Shown: positions 10,087-21,915, counted from the first letter of the stretch. The stretch is DNA of 64,000 nucleotides from an uncultured Amaricoccus sp. (GCF_937891315.1 NZ_CALAGI010000156.1:5509-69508); one strand, 5' to 3'. The notes: generated by a model not told the origin, from the letters alone. A program made the numbers and translations.

Positions 10087-10494
10087 GCACCCGCCGCGCA
10101 TCAAGGCCGTCCACCCGACGCTGGGTCGGCCGGAGGTGACGGGGCGGCTCGATGTCTCGGATATCATGCTCGACCGCCACGGTCTGATCGGCCTTGTTCG
10201 CGCCGCGACCAATTGTCCGCGTCCGCCACCACCCCGGGCCGACGCCGCGGCGTTCGCCGTGATGGCGACCGACCGCCTCCGCGCCTTCGGCCGGGACCCC
10301 ACCGGCCGCGCGCGGCTGAAAGCGGATCTCGCCGCCGCCGAACCCGCCCCGGCCTGACGCGCACCCCGGCATTCATACGGGTTTGCTAACCTGGAGAGCA
10401 GTCGTTTTCCGACAACGGTCGGAAAACAAATCAAAAAGACTCGCGCGCACCGCGCGCTCCGCATGGGCGGCAAAGGCCGCCCTCCGCCCGTGCG

Positions 10495-10809
10495 CTATCG
10501 CGGGCGGGCCGCCTTCTCGGCGTGGCCGGACAGGCCCTCGCGGCGGGCGAGTTCGGCGAGCACATCCTGCCACGCGACACCGGCGGCGCAGAGCATCACC
10601 TGCAGGTGATAGAGCGTGTCGGCCGCCTCGCGCGTCAGGGCGGCGGGGTCGCCCTGCGCGGCGGCGATGATCGCCTCGACCGCCTCCTCGCCGAACTTCT
10701 CCGCGCATTTCGCCGGGCCTTTGGCCAGCAGCGACGCGGTATAGGAGGTGTCGGGATGCGCGCCGGCGCGCGCCTCCACCGTGGCGAAGAGCCGGGCGAG
10801 CGTATCCAT
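10495..10809 (-). CDS. hisE: Phosphoribosyl-ATP pyrophosphatase
   Basis: C-terminal 104 codons of ORF 10495..11430: [50 protein letters not shown]...[11 protein letters not shown]. The start overlaps the hisF stop. Confidence 0.9.
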   Translation of the reverse strand: MDTLARLFATVEARAGAHPDTSYTASLLAKGPAKCAEKFGEEAVEAIIAAAQGDPAALTREAADTLYHLQVMLCAAGVAWQDVLAELARREGLSGHAEKAARPR

Positions 10810-11570
10810 CAGACGAGCCTCACGGGGATGCCGGCCGCCGCCATGGCGGCCTTGGTCTCGGCGACCGAGAAGGTGCCGAAATGAAAGATCGAGGCGGCGA
10901 GCACCGCGGACGCATGACCCTCGGTCACGCCCTCGACCATATGCGCCAGCGTGCCGACCCCGCCGCTCGCGATCACCGGGATGCCCACGGCGTCGGCGAC
11001 GGCGCGGGTCAGGCCGAGGTTGTAGCCCGCCTTGGTGCCGTCGCGGTCCATCGAGGTCAGCAGGATCTCGCCCGCGCCGCGGCGGGCCATCTCGCGGGCG
11101 AAGGCGACCGCGTCGATCCCGGTCGGGCGCGAGCCGCCGTGGGTGAAGATCTCCCACCGGCCGGGCGCCACGCCCTTGGCATCGATCGCGACGACGATGC
11201 ACTGGTTGCCGAACTTGTTGGCACTGGCCGAGATCACTTCGGGATCGGCCACGGCGGCGGTGTTGAAGCTCACCTTGTCGGCGCCGGCCAGCAGCAGCGC
11301 CCGCACATCTTCCGGCGTCCGCACCCCGCCGCCGACGGTCAGCGGCATGAAACACTGCTCCGCCGTGCGCGAGGCGAGGTCGAGCAGGGTGCCCCGGTTC
11401 TCCTGACTCGCGGCGATGTCGAGAAAGCATATCTCGTCCGCCCCGGCCGCGTCATAGGCCCGCGCCGCCTCGACGGGATCGCCGGCGTCGATCAGGTCGA
11501 CGAAATTCACGCCCTTCACCACGCGCCCCTGCTTGACGTCGAGGCAGGGGATCACCCGCACCTTCAGCAT
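10809..11570 (-). CDS. hisF: Imidazole glycerol phosphate synthase cyclase subunit
   Basis: C-terminal 253 codons of ORF 10809..11963: [23 protein letters not shown]...[13 protein letters not shown]...IASGGVG. Confidence 0.95.
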   Translation of the reverse strand: MLKVRVIPCLDVKQGRVVKGVNFVDLIDAGDPVEAARAYDAAGADEICFLDIAASQENRGTLLDLASRTAEQCFMPLTVGGGVRTPEDVRALLLAGADKVSFNTAAVADPEVISASANKFGNQCIVVAIDAKGVAPGRWEIFTHGGSRPTGIDAVAFAREMARRGAGEILLTSMDRDGTKAGYNLGLTRAVADAVGIPVIASGGVGTLAHMVEGVTEGHASAVLAASIFHFGTFSVAETKAAMAAAGIPVRLV

Positions 11571-12190
11571 CAGGCGGCCCTGACCGTGACCGCCGCCGCG
11601 CCGGCCGCGATCAGGGCGGTGCCGCCGGCGCGATTGAACAGGCGGATGGCGCGCGGGCTCTCGGCGAGCCGCCGGGCGCGGGCGGCGAGCAGTGCGTAGC
11701 CAAAGGCGTTGGCGAAGGCGAGCGTGACGAAGGTCGCCTCGAAGACCGCCATCTGCGGCCAGAACGGACGGGCGGGATCGAGAAACTGCGGCAGGAACGC
11801 GACGAAGAACACGATCGACTTCGGGTTCAGCGTGGTCACCAGCCAGGCATGGGCGAGCATCCGCCCCGGCGCCGCGGCCTCGGTCCGCGCCTCGGCCTCG
11901 AAGGCGGCGCCCGCGCGCCAGAGCTTGATCCCGAGAAACACCAGATAGCCCGCGCCGATCCATTTCACCGCCGTGAAGAGCGCGGCGGAGCCGGCGAGCA
12001 GCGCGCCGACCCCGAGCATCGACAGCGTCATCGCCGTGAGATCGCCGAGTGCTACGCCGGTCGCCACCGGCGCCGCCACCTTCCAGCCGCGCCCGAGCGC
12101 GTAGGAGACAACGAGCAGGATCGTCGGCCCCGGAATCACCAGAAGCACCGCGGAGGCCGCGACGAAGCCGAGCCAGATCTCGATGGTCAT
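11570..12190 (-). CDS. LysE/RhtB family amino-acid exporter
   Basis: ORF 11570..12190. Six-TM pattern, with [15 protein letters not shown] and [18 protein letters not shown] typical of LysE-type translocators. Embedded between hisA and hisF. Confidence 0.85.
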   Translation of the reverse strand: MTIEIWLGFVAASAVLLVIPGPTILLVVSYALGRGWKVAAPVATGVALGDLTAMTLSMLGVGALLAGSAALFTAVKWIGAGYLVFLGIKLWRAGAAFEAEARTEAAAPGRMLAHAWLVTTLNPKSIVFFVAFLPQFLDPARPFWPQMAVFEATFVTLAFANAFGYALLAARARRLAESPRAIRLFNRAGGTALIAAGAAAVTVRAA

Positions 12191-12200
12191 CCGTCCCTCC

Positions 12201-12923
12201 TCACGCCGCGAGCAGCGCCAGCGCCTCGGCGAGGTCGAGCTTGCCCTCGTAGAGCGCGCGCCCCGAGATCGCCCCGTCGAGCTCCGTGTCGCAGGCCTTC
12301 AGCGCGCGCAGATCCTCGATCGAAGCGATACCGCCGGAAGCGATCACCGGGATCGTCACCGCGCGGGCGAGCGCCGCCGTCCCCGGCACGTCCGGCCCCG
12401 CCATCGCGCCGTCGCGGTCGATGTCGGTATAGATCAGCGCCGCGACGCCCGCGTCCTCGAACCGCCGCGCGAGATCGACGGCGTCGAGGTCGGTTTCCTC
12501 GGCCCAGCCCTGCACCGCGACCCGGCCGCCGCGCGCGTCGATCCCGACCGCCACCTGCCCCGGATGCGCCCGCGCGGCCTGGCGCACCAGATCGGGGTCG
12601 CGCACGGCCGCCGTGCCGAGGATCACCCGCGCGACGCCCTTCTCCAGCCAGGCGTCGATCGTCGCGCGGTCGCGGATGCCGCCGCCGAGCTGGACCGGGA
12701 TGCGCGCCGCGGCGAGGATCGCCTCGACCGCCGCGCCATTGACCGGCGTCCCGGCGAAGGCGCCGTTGAGATCGACGAGATGCAGCCACTGGCACCCGGC
12801 GTCGGCGAAGAGGCGCGCCTGCGCCGCCGGATCAGTGCCGAAGACGGTCGCCGAGCCCATGTCGCCGCGCAGCAGGCGCACGCAGTTCCCGTCCTTCAGG
12901 TCGATGGCGGGATAGAGGATCAT
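12201..12923 (-). CDS. hisA: ProFAR isomerase
   Basis: C-terminal 240 codons of ORF 12201..13529: [22 protein letters not shown]...VDLNGAF...[15 protein letters not shown]...IASGGI. Confidence 0.95.
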   Translation of the reverse strand: MILYPAIDLKDGNCVRLLRGDMGSATVFGTDPAAQARLFADAGCQWLHLVDLNGAFAGTPVNGAAVEAILAAARIPVQLGGGIRDRATIDAWLEKGVARVILGTAAVRDPDLVRQAARAHPGQVAVGIDARGGRVAVQGWAEETDLDAVDLARRFEDAGVAALIYTDIDRDGAMAGPDVPGTAALARAVTIPVIASGGIASIEDLRALKACDTELDGAISGRALYEGKLDLAEALALLAA

Positions 12924-13097
12924 CGGCGGCTCCGGCTGCTGTCGCGGGTCTGATAGCCCCTCGCGGCCACGAATGCAAAACCCCCCTTGCATCGTAGGGC
13001 CGGGCGCCGTTCGCCGCGCGCGATGCACGCGATGGGCGCGATGGACAGGACGAGCGCCTCCGGCGATAGTCAGGGTCGCCCAGACAGGGAGTGCGCC

Positions 13098-13433
13098 GTG
13101 CCCGACCATGCGAAACGCCCTGGCCGGGCCGGATCCCTCGTCGGCTTCCTGGTCGCCTCCGCCCTCACGCTCGTCTTCGCCGCGCGACTCGTCGATTCCG
13201 CGCTGCACTGGGCCGAGCGGGAGACGCCGCTCGCCGGGTGGATGACGTTGGGTTTCGTCGCCAACGCCTGGGACATCGATCGCGCGGCGCTCGCCGCCGC
13301 GCTTGGCGTGGAGACACGGCCCGGCGAGCGTCTCACGCTGGAGCAGGTCGCCCGCGACACCGGGCGGCCACTGGCCGAGGTGAAGGCCGAGACCAAGGCC
13401 GAGATCGTCCGCGAACGAGGCGGCCGACCGTGA
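13098..13433 (+). CDS. Hypothetical membrane-anchored small protein
   Basis: GTG at 13098 preceded by GGGAG (6-nt spacer), inside ORF 12987..13433. One N-terminal TM ([20 protein letters not shown]), then a soluble ~80-aa domain. The stop overlaps the DedA start (GTGA). Confidence 0.5.
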   Translation: MPDHAKRPGRAGSLVGFLVASALTLVFAARLVDSALHWAERETPLAGWMTLGFVANAWDIDRAALAAALGVETRPGERLTLEQVARDTGRPLAEVKAETKAEIVRERGGRP

Positions 13434-14020
13434 GCGAGCATGTGCTGCGCCTGCTCGCCGCCCACGGTCCGCTGCTCGTCTTCGCGGCCGCCCTCTTGAG
13501 TTCGATCGGCCTGCCGGTGCCCGGGACACTGACCCTGCTCGCCGCCGGCTCCTTCGCGGCCAGCGGCGAGATGAACCTCGCCGCCGTGCTCATCGCCGCG
13601 TTCGTCGGCGCGGTGGCGGGCGATCTCGTCGGCTTTGGCATCGGCGCGCGGGCCGGGCAGGGGGCGCTCGACTGGGCCGGCCGCCACGGCATGGGGCAAG
13701 CCATCGCCCGTGCCCGCGACTTCTCCGACCATCGGGGCGACGCCGGCAATTTCCTCTGCCGCTGGCTCGTCAGCCCGATCGCGCCGGCGGTGAACCTGAT
13801 CAGCGGCCTGATCGGCGTCGCGCCGGGGCGGTTCCTCGTCTTCGCCGCGGCCGGCGAAGTCGTCTGGACGGCGCTCTATGTCGGCCTCGGATACGGCTTC
13901 GGCCGCTCGATTTCGGTCATCGCCCGGACCAGCGGCGATCTCGGCCTGTTTCTCGTCGCCGCGACCGCCGCCGTCGTCTTCGGTCTCCGATTGCGAAGGC
14001 GCTCGAAGCTGCCCGGCTAA
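13430..14020 (+). CDS. DedA/SNARE-associated family membrane protein
   Basis: GTG at 13430 in the frame of ORF 13091..14020: [43 protein letters not shown]...[14 protein letters not shown], a DedA-type pattern. Confidence 0.8.
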   Translation: MSEHVLRLLAAHGPLLVFAAALLSSIGLPVPGTLTLLAAGSFAASGEMNLAAVLIAAFVGAVAGDLVGFGIGARAGQGALDWAGRHGMGQAIARARDFSDHRGDAGNFLCRWLVSPIAPAVNLISGLIGVAPGRFLVFAAAGEVVWTALYVGLGYGFGRSISVIARTSGDLGLFLVAATAAVVFGLRLRRRSKLPG

Positions 14021-14129
14021 GGTGGTTTTGTTACTCAAAGTTCTTGTCTGAAGGATCAGACGCGGCTACGAAAAACCTCAAGGCCGTGGCGGGATCCGAT
14101 ACCCCATCGGCGAAATGGGAGGACATCGG

Positions 14130-14669
14130 ATGTCTGGGCTCCTGCTTCTGGCGGGTGTAATCGATCGGATTACCAGGTTCTTCGGCTGGATCGCCGCGTG
14201 GCTGGTCCTGCTCAGCTGCCTGATCAGCGCGGGCAACGCGATGTCGCGCTATATCCTCAGCGCCAGTTCGAACGCCTGGCTCGAGATCCAGTGGCAGATG
14301 TTCGCCGGCATATTCCTGCTCGGCGCGGCCTATGTGCTGCAGGTGAACGAGCATGTGCGGGTCGATCTGTTCTATGGGTCGGCCTCCGCGCGGCGGAAAC
14401 TCTGGATCGATGTCATCGGGATCATCTTCTTCCTGTTTCCCTCCACGATCATGATCGGCGCGATGGCCTGGCCCTTCTTTCTCTCGAGCTTCCAGTCCGG
14501 CGAGATGTCCTCCAACGCCGGCGGCCTGCCGGTCTGGCCGGTCAAGTTCCTGCTCCCCTTCGGCATGGCGCTGGTGTTTCTCCAGGGCCTGGCGGAGCTG
14601 ATCAAGCGGATCGCGGCGCTGCGCGGGGAATACGCCGTGGCCGTCGAATACGAGAGGCCGCTGCAATGA
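14130..14669 (+). CDS. TRAP transporter small permease (DctQ-type)
   Basis: ORF 14115..14669. The second ATG (14130) has GGAGGA 6 nt upstream. Four-TM protein: IDRITRFFGWIAAWLVLLSCLISAGNAMSRY. Confidence 0.85.
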   Translation: MSGLLLLAGVIDRITRFFGWIAAWLVLLSCLISAGNAMSRYILSASSNAWLEIQWQMFAGIFLLGAAYVLQVNEHVRVDLFYGSASARRKLWIDVIGIIFFLFPSTIMIGAMAWPFFLSSFQSGEMSSNAGGLPVWPVKFLLPFGMALVFLQGLAELIKRIAALRGEYAVAVEYERPLQ

Positions 14670-14697
14670 GCCTCGAAACATCGCGGAGCCGCGGGAC

Positions 14698-16152
14698 ATG
14701 CTAGAATACGGCTACATGGCGCCGGCGATGTTCGCCGGACTGATCGCCTTCATGCTGTTCGGCTTCCCGGTCGCCTTCTCGCTGTCCGCGCTGGGACTTT
14801 TCTTTGGCGGTCTCGCCATCGAGGTCGGCTACTTTGGCCCCGAATTCCTGCAGGCGCTGCCCTACCGCGTCTTCGGCATCATGTCGAACGACCTCCTGCT
14901 GGCGATCCCGTTCTTCACCTTCATGGGAACGATCCTCGAACGCAGCGGCCTCGCCGAGGATCTGCTCGACGGCTTCGGTCAGCTGTTCGGGCCGATCCCG
15001 GGCGGCCTGGCTTTCGCGGTGATCATCGTCGGCGCGATCCTCGGCGCCATCACGGGAACGGTGGCGGCTTCGGTCATCGCCATGGGCATGATCACCATCC
15101 CGGTCATGATGCGGTATGGCTACGACATGCGGATCGGCACCGGCGCCATCGCCGCGGCCGGCACGATCACCCAGGTGATTCCGCCGTCGCTCGTGCTGAT
15201 CGTGCTCGCCGACCAACTCGGCGTCTCGGTCGGCGACATGTATCTCGGCGCCATCGGTCCCTCGGTCCTGCAGATCGCCCTGTTCCTGCTCTTTGTCCTC
15301 GCGGTCGCGGTCTTCCAGCCGTGGAAGGTGCCGCCGTTGCCGCCCGAGGCGCGCACGCTGCGCGGCTGGGCGCTGGTCTCCAAGGTACTGTGGGGGATGG
15401 TCCCCTCGCTCGTGCTGATCTTCCTCGTGCTCGGCACGATCTTCATGGGGCTCGCGACCCCCACCGAGGCCGGCGCCATGGGCGCGGTCGGCGCGATCGT
15501 ACTCGCGATGCTGCACGGACGCTATCGCAACGATCTCATGTGGCAGGCCATGACCTCGACCGCCCGACTGACGTCGATGGTGGTCTTCATCCTGCTCGGC
15601 GCCACGGTCTTCAGCCTCGTGTTCCAGGGCGTCAACGGCGGCCGCTGGATCGAGCATATCCTCAGCGACCTGCCGGGCGGGCAGACCGGCTTTCTCATCT
15701 TCACGATGCTCTTTGTCTTCTTCATCGCCTTCTTTCTCGATTTTTTCGAGATCGTCTTCATCGTCGTTCCGCTGCTGGTCCCGGTCGCCGCCGCGCTCGA
15801 CATCAACCTCATCTGGTTCGGCCTGCTGCTCTGCGTGAACATGCAGACGTCCTTCATGCATCCGCCGTTCGGATTCGCGCTGTTCTACCTGCGCGGCATC
15901 GCGCCGCCGTCGATCAAGACCAGCGACATCTACTGGGGTTCGATTCCCTGGATCGTCCTTCAGCTCCTGCTGGTCGCGCTGCTGATCTTCTGGCCCGAGT
16001 CCGTGACCTACTGGATCGGCGAGCACGAATTGCTCGACGCGACCGCCGTCGAGGACGCGCTTGGTGCGATTCCCATGCCCGGCGACGATATGGGCGCGCC
16101 GACCGAACTCGGAATTCCACCCTTGGACCTCGACCTCGCACCCAACCAGTAA
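14698..16152 (+). CDS. TRAP transporter large permease (DctM-type)
   Basis: ORF 14698..16152. 484-aa polytopic protein with DctM-like segments (FTFMGTILERSGLAEDL, ATPTEAGAMGAVGA). Confidence 0.9.
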   Translation: MLEYGYMAPAMFAGLIAFMLFGFPVAFSLSALGLFFGGLAIEVGYFGPEFLQALPYRVFGIMSNDLLLAIPFFTFMGTILERSGLAEDLLDGFGQLFGPIPGGLAFAVIIVGAILGAITGTVAASVIAMGMITIPVMMRYGYDMRIGTGAIAAAGTITQVIPPSLVLIVLADQLGVSVGDMYLGAIGPSVLQIALFLLFVLAVAVFQPWKVPPLPPEARTLRGWALVSKVLWGMVPSLVLIFLVLGTIFMGLATPTEAGAMGAVGAIVLAMLHGRYRNDLMWQAMTSTARLTSMVVFILLGATVFSLVFQGVNGGRWIEHILSDLPGGQTGFLIFTMLFVFFIAFFLDFFEIVFIVVPLLVPVAAALDINLIWFGLLLCVNMQTSFMHPPFGFALFYLRGIAPPSIKTSDIYWGSIPWIVLQLLLVALLIFWPESVTYWIGEHELLDATAVEDALGAIPMPGDDMGAPTELGIPPLDLDLAPNQ

Positions 16153-17283
<1,131 letters not shown>

Positions 17284-17292
17284 CGCCCCTCG

Positions 17293-17316
17293 GGCCTCGG
17301 CCTTCGGGCCGAGGCC
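17293..17316 (+). terminator. Perfect GC hairpin after the TRAP operon (no U-tract)
   Basis: GGCCTCGGCC-TTCG-GGCCGAGGCC, starting 10 nt after the stop at 17283. Confidence 0.4.
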
Positions 17317-17539
17317 TCGGCAGCGCCCCGGTTCCCCCGCGGCGGGGTGCCAGCGTCTGATTTGTGCCAGATCAGTGCGTGGCGGTCGATGCGCCGCGCC
17401 TTGGTCCACTCGCGCCCTGGGCGGCGCCTGGACGATCGCGGACTTCACGTTCCGTGAAAGGCCGGTGGGTTTTTCCCTTTGCCAGCGGGCGCGACGCGGG
17501 CTAGGGCGGGGGAAACTCCCCTGATCCCGAGTTTCGCCC

Positions 17540-18370
17540 ATGCCCACGCCCGACTTCGCGCATCTTCTCGTCATGGCCGCCCTGCTCCTCGCCATCGGCG
17601 GGGTCGCGGGGGTGATCGCGGGGCTGCTCGGGGTCGGTGGTGGCATCGTGCTGGTGCCTGCCTTCCTCTATGCCTTCACCACCCTCGGCTATGACGGGCC
17701 AATGATCATGCAGGTCTGCCTCGCCACCTCGCTCGCCACCATCGCCGCCACCTCGGCCCGCTCGGTGCGCGGCCATCATGCCAAGGGCGCGGTCGACTGG
17801 GATATCCTGCGCGGCTGGGCACCGGGCATCGCCATCGGCTCGATCGTCGGCGTCGTCGCCGCCAGCGGCCTGAAATCGACCGTGCTGATGATCGTCTTCG
17901 GCGTGCTCGGCAGCCTGGTCGGGCTCTATATCGCCTTCGGGCGCGACAACTGGAAGCTCGGCGAGCGCATGCCGACCGGCCTCGGACGCGCCATCACCGG
18001 CCCGGTCATCGGCTTTTTATCGGTGCTGATGGGGATCGGCGGCGGCAGTTTCGGCGTGCCGCTGATGCGGCTGCATGGTGTGCCGATCCACCGCGCGATC
18101 GGCACCGCCTCGGGCTTCGGCATGGTGATCGCGGTGCCCTCGGTGATCGGCTTCCTGCTGACCGGATGGGGCACGCCGGGACGCCCGCCGCTGACCCTCG
18201 GCATGGTGAACCTGCCGGCCTTCGTGCTCGTCGTCGGCACCACGATGATCACCACGCCCTGGGGCGTTCGCCTCGCCCATGCGATGAACGCGAAGCCGCT
18301 GAAGCGCGTCTTCGGCGGCTTCCTGATCATCGTCGCGCTCAACATGCTGCGCAAGGCGCTGCTCGGCTAG
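17540..18370 (+). CDS. TSUP (TauE/SafE) family anion permease
   Basis: ORF 17540..18370. Repeated GxGGG motifs (GLLGVGGGIVLVPAF, VLMGIGGGSFGVPLM), about 8 TM. Confidence 0.85.
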   Translation: MPTPDFAHLLVMAALLLAIGGVAGVIAGLLGVGGGIVLVPAFLYAFTTLGYDGPMIMQVCLATSLATIAATSARSVRGHHAKGAVDWDILRGWAPGIAIGSIVGVVAASGLKSTVLMIVFGVLGSLVGLYIAFGRDNWKLGERMPTGLGRAITGPVIGFLSVLMGIGGGSFGVPLMRLHGVPIHRAIGTASGFGMVIAVPSVIGFLLTGWGTPGRPPLTLGMVNLPAFVLVVGTTMITTPWGVRLAHAMNAKPLKRVFGGFLIIVALNMLRKALLG

Positions 18371-18606
18371 GGGGCATCCCGGACCCGCCCGGCCCGGCCG
18401 CCCCGACGGGGGGGCTTGGCGCGGGCGGCGCGGGCCGGGAGGTCGGCCATTACCGCGCGCCGGGCCTCGGGCGAGAGGCTGGACCAGCCGGCGATCTCCT
18501 CCAGCGTGCGATGGCAGCCGACGCAGAGGCCGGTCGCGGGATGCACGACACAGACCTTGACGCAGGGGCTCTCGATCTCGTCGCGGCGCCAGATCTCGTC
18601 AGCCAT
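18367..18606 (-). CDS. DUF1289 (YdhL-like) small Cys-rich protein
   Basis: ATG at 18606 inside ORF 18367..18666: [41 protein letters not shown], the characteristic CxxxC...CxxC pattern. Confidence 0.75.
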   Translation of the reverse strand: MADEIWRRDEIESPCVKVCVVHPATGLCVGCHRTLEEIAGWSSLSPEARRAVMADLPARAARAKPPRRGGRAGRVRDAP

Positions 18607-19084
18607 GACGCGCCAGATGTCCGAGCCGGTCGAGCAGGCCCTGCAGGATGAAGCCCGCCGCCACATGGTCGATCACCTCGGCCCGCCGCGCCCGCGAGGC
18701 GTCGGCCTCGATCAGCGCGCGTTCCGCCGCCACGGTCGACAGCCGCTCGTCCCAGAAGGTGATCGGCGTCTCGATCAGCGGTGCGAGATTGCGGGCGAAG
18801 GCGCGGGTCGACTGCGCCCGCGGTCCCTCGCCGCCATCCATGTTGCGCGGCAGGCCGAGCACCACGCCGCCGATCCGCCGCTCGGCCATCAGCGCGACGA
18901 GCGCGGTGGCGTCGGCGCCGAATTTCGTCCGCCGGATCGTGCGCAGCGGCGTCGCCACCCGGCGCCCGGTGTCCGAGACCGCGACGCCGATGGTCTTCGT
19001 CCCGAGGTCGAGCCCGATCAGCGCCCGGCCGGGGGGCAGGGCCGCCGCGAACTCCTCCGCCGCCTCGATCAGCGCGCCACTCAC
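18599..19084 (-). CDS. ruvX: Holliday junction resolvase-like / pre-16S rRNA nuclease YqgF
   Basis: C-terminal 161 codons of ORF 18599..19636. GTG at 19084 overlaps the ccmI stop. [17 protein letters not shown]...[20 protein letters not shown]...WDERLST. Confidence 0.9.
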   Translation of the reverse strand: MSGALIEAAEEFAAALPPGRALIGLDLGTKTIGVAVSDTGRRVATPLRTIRRTKFGADATALVALMAERRIGGVVLGLPRNMDGGEGPRAQSTRAFARNLAPLIETPITFWDERLSTVAAERALIEADASRARRAEVIDHVAAGFILQGLLDRLGHLARHG

Positions 19085-20316
19085 TGCGTCAGCCCCGCGA
19101 GCCGCGCCGCCTCGGCCAGCGTGGCGAGGGCGGCCGGATCGGCGGCGTAGGCGGCGCGCGCCTCGCTCCAGACCGCCGCGGCGTCGTCCATCCGACCCTG
19201 GACGCCGAGCGCCTGGATGAGCTGCGCCCATTGCGCCGGCGGGCCGCCCTCGGTGGCGAGCCGGTCCCTCAGCCGCTCGACCATGCCGGCGATCATGCCC
19301 TCGCGTTCGGCGGGCGTCATCGCGGCGGCGGCGTCGATCTCGGCCTGGCCGGGGCCCGCGGCGCCGGTATCGGGGGGCGGCAGGCCGGCTTGCCGCGCCA
19401 CCTCGCCGATCCCGGCCTTGATCGTCGCAACCCAGGGCGCGTCTGGCGGACCCTCGGTCAGAAGCCCCGTCCAGAGGCCATAGGCGAGGTCCGGCCGCCC
19501 GCCCTGGATCAGCGTCACGCCGGAATAGAAGCGCCCGGGCTTGCTGGTCGGATCGAGCGCCAGCGCCCGGCCAAGCGCGGCTTCCGCTTCGGGCGAGACA
19601 TAGCCATTCGCGGCGAGGATCATCAGTTCGGCCCATTCGACGAGATCGTCGGCCGTCGCCCGGTCGCCGAGGATGCGCACCACCGCGCCCTGCGCCACCC
19701 GCGCCTCCTGCCAGCGGCCGAGCGCGCTCATGTTGCGCGACAGGAGGCGATGGCCCTCCAGATCGTCGGGGCGGTCGACCAGCACCGTCCGCAGCTTGTC
19801 GAGCAGCGCGGCGTCCTCGAGCCCGAGCTTCGGCGCCGTGTCGGGGGGCGCCTGCTCGGTCAGCATCGCCTCCACCGCGTCCTGTCCCGGCCGCGCGGCG
19901 CGCAGCTTCGCATCCGCCTCCATCCGCGCCCGCAGCGGCGCGTCCGGCAAGCCCGGCGCGCCGATCCGCGCATAGAGCGCGGCGCCGGCCAGCGCCAGCG
20001 CGGCGATCAGCCCGAGCGCCACCGCCCGCGACAGGCCGCGCGGGGCCGCGCCGTCCGCCACCGCGCCCGCCGCGCCGTCGGCCGCCGCCAGCAGCCGGCG
20101 CGAGACTTCGACCCGGCTCGCCTCGGCCTCGGCCTCGGTCAGGACGCCCCGCGCGCGGTCGGCCTCGACCTCGCGCAACTGGTCGCGATAGATCCGCATG
20201 TCATAGCTCGCCCGCGGCCCCTCGGCGCGGCCGCCGCGCAGCATCGGTGCCAGCGCAAGCCCGAGGCTCGCCAGCGCGAGGCAAGCCACGACCCCCCAGA
20301 AGAGCACCTCCGCCAC
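19081..20316 (-). CDS. ccmI: Cytochrome c-type biogenesis protein CcmI/CycH
   Basis: ORF 19081..20463. The probable GTG start at 20316 gives [26 protein letters not shown] (TM). Then [34 protein letters not shown], a second TM and a TPR-like C-terminal half. Confidence 0.8.
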   Translation of the reverse strand: MAEVLFWGVVACLALASLGLALAPMLRGGRAEGPRASYDMRIYRDQLREVEADRARGVLTEAEAEASRVEVSRRLLAAADGAAGAVADGAAPRGLSRAVALGLIAALALAGAALYARIGAPGLPDAPLRARMEADAKLRAARPGQDAVEAMLTEQAPPDTAPKLGLEDAALLDKLRTVLVDRPDDLEGHRLLSRNMSALGRWQEARVAQGAVVRILGDRATADDLVEWAELMILAANGYVSPEAEAALGRALALDPTSKPGRFYSGVTLIQGGRPDLAYGLWTGLLTEGPPDAPWVATIKAGIGEVARQAGLPPPDTGAAGPGQAEIDAAAAMTPAEREGMIAGMVERLRDRLATEGGPPAQWAQLIQALGVQGRMDDAAAVWSEARAAYAADPAALATLAEAARLAGLTQ

Positions 20317-20667
20317 GCGGCCGCCCCTGTCGGCTACCCGGCCCGGAGGCCGGAGCCCGGCGCCGCGCCGGGCTGGGCCGTCGGGGTCGCGGGTCGGTGG
20401 GTCGGGGACGGGGCAGTCATCGCGGGCGGAACCCTCCATCGCCGCTGGGCGGCCATCTCCCATCGCCGCGGCGCGGCGCGGCCATCTCCGGCGCCGGCGC
20501 GGGCCGCCGCCGCGCGGGCCTGGACCCTAGCCAGTCACGCGCCGCGCGGCAATCGGCCATTCGGCGCGCCGCGATGTCGTGAACGCGGTTCGAAGCGCCG
20601 GAACGGGTCTTGGCCCCCGCGGCGGAATGGGGCAAGAGAAAGCGGCATTTCCCCCGGAGCCGCCGCC

Positions 20668-21915
20668 ATGCGTCGCTATTCCGTTTTCGCCATCGCGCGC
20701 GAAGCCCTGCGCCACCATGCCGGCTGGGATCGCGCCTGGCGCGCGCCCGAGCCGAAGGCCGCCTATCGGGTCGTCATCGTCGGCGCCGGCGGGCACGGGC
20801 TCGCCACCGCCTACTATCTCGCCAAGAACCATGGAATCCGCGACGTCGCGGTGCTGGAAAAGGGCTGGCTCGGCGGCGGCAATACCGGGCGCAACACGAC
20901 GATCATCCGCTCGAACTACCTGCGGCCGGCCTCGACCGCGATCTTCGAGAAGGCGCGCGGCCTTTACGAGACGCTGAGCCAGGATCTGAACTTCAATATC
21001 ATGTTCAGCCCGCGCGGCGTACTGATGCTCGCCCAGACCGAGCACGAGCTCCGCGCCTGGAAGCGCACCGCCCATGCCAACCGCCTCGCCGGAATCGAGA
21101 GCGAGATGGTGAGCCCGGCGCGGATCAAGGAGATCGCGCCGCCGATCAATCTCGACGGCCCGCGCTATCCGGTGCTCGGCGGCCTGTGGCAGCCGCGCGG
21201 CGGCACCGCCCGGCACGACGCGGTCGCCTGGGGCTATGCCCGCGCCGCCTCCGACATGGGCGTCGACATCATCCAGAATTGCGAGGTGATCGGCGTCGAC
21301 CGCGACGAGGCCGGCGTCACCGGCGTCCGCACGACGCGGGGCGCCATCGCGACGAAGCAGCTCTGCATCGTCGTCGCCGGTTCCTCGACCGTGCTCGCCG
21401 ACATGGCCGGCTTCCGCCTGCCGGTCGAAAGCCTCGCGCTGCAGGCGCTGGTCTCCGAGCCGGTGAAGCCGGCGATCGACTGCGTGATCATGGCGAACAC
21501 CGTGCACGGCTATGTCAGCCAGTCCGACAAGGGCGAGATGGTGATCGGCGGCGGCACCGACGGTTTCAACAACTATACCCAGCGCGGGAGCTTCCAGCAT
21601 GTCGAGGAGACGCTGCGCGCGCTGATCGAGACCTTCCCGATGCTCAGCCGGCTGAAGATGCTGCGCCAGTGGGGCGGCATCGTCGACATGACCGGCGACC
21701 GCTCGCCGATCATCGGGCCGACGCCGGTGCCGGGCATCTTCATCAATTGCGGCTGGGGCACCGGCGGCTTCAAGGCGATCCCCGGCTCCGGCTGGGCCAC
21801 CGCCGAGATGCTGGCGAGGGGCGCGCCGGGCGAACTCGCCGCGCCCTTCGGCCTCGACCGCTTCCGGGAGGGCCGGATGATCGACGAGAGCGTCGCCGCG
21901 GCGGTGGCCCATTGA
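20668..21915 (+). CDS. soxB: Heterotetrameric sarcosine oxidase beta subunit
   Basis: ATG at 20668 in the frame of ORF 18781..21915. MRRYSVFAIAREALRHHAGWDRAW, FAD fold VVIVGAGGHGLATAYYLA, GRNTTIIRSNY. Confidence 0.93.
   Translation: MRRYSVFAIAREALRHHAGWDRAWRAPEPKAAYRVVIVGAGGHGLATAYYLAKNHGIRDVAVLEKGWLGGGNTGRNTTIIRSNYLRPASTAIFEKARGLYETLSQDLNFNIMFSPRGVLMLAQTEHELRAWKRTAHANRLAGIESEMVSPARIKEIAPPINLDGPRYPVLGGLWQPRGGTARHDAVAWGYARAASDMGVDIIQNCEVIGVDRDEAGVTGVRTTRGAIATKQLCIVVAGSSTVLADMAGFRLPVESLALQALVSEPVKPAIDCVIMANTVHGYVSQSDKGEMVIGGGTDGFNNYTQRGSFQHVEETLRALIETFPMLSRLKMLRQWGGIVDMTGDRSPIIGPTPVPGIFINCGWGTGGFKAIPGSGWATAEMLARGAPGELAAPFGLDRFREGRMIDESVAAAVAH

Noticed and set aside
10010-10494. tRNA-Arg as an integration hotspot for a genomic island or prophage.
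   Set aside because: No integrase, no direct repeat of the tRNA 3' end in the following kilobases, and the flanking genes (his operon) are core metabolism.
18367-18370. Palindromic CTAG provides the stop codon (TAG) for both convergent genes (TSUP on +, DUF1289 on -).
   Set aside because: A curiosity of tight convergent packing. No functional implication can be supported.
18781-20667. The first ~629 codons of the 1044-aa ORF 18781..21915 look like one giant protein.
   Set aside because: This part is Arg/Pro/Ala/Gly-rich low complexity and is antisense to ruvX and ccmI, which have clear family signatures. The real gene (soxB) starts at the internal ATG at 20668. This is a typical open-frame artefact of very GC-rich DNA.
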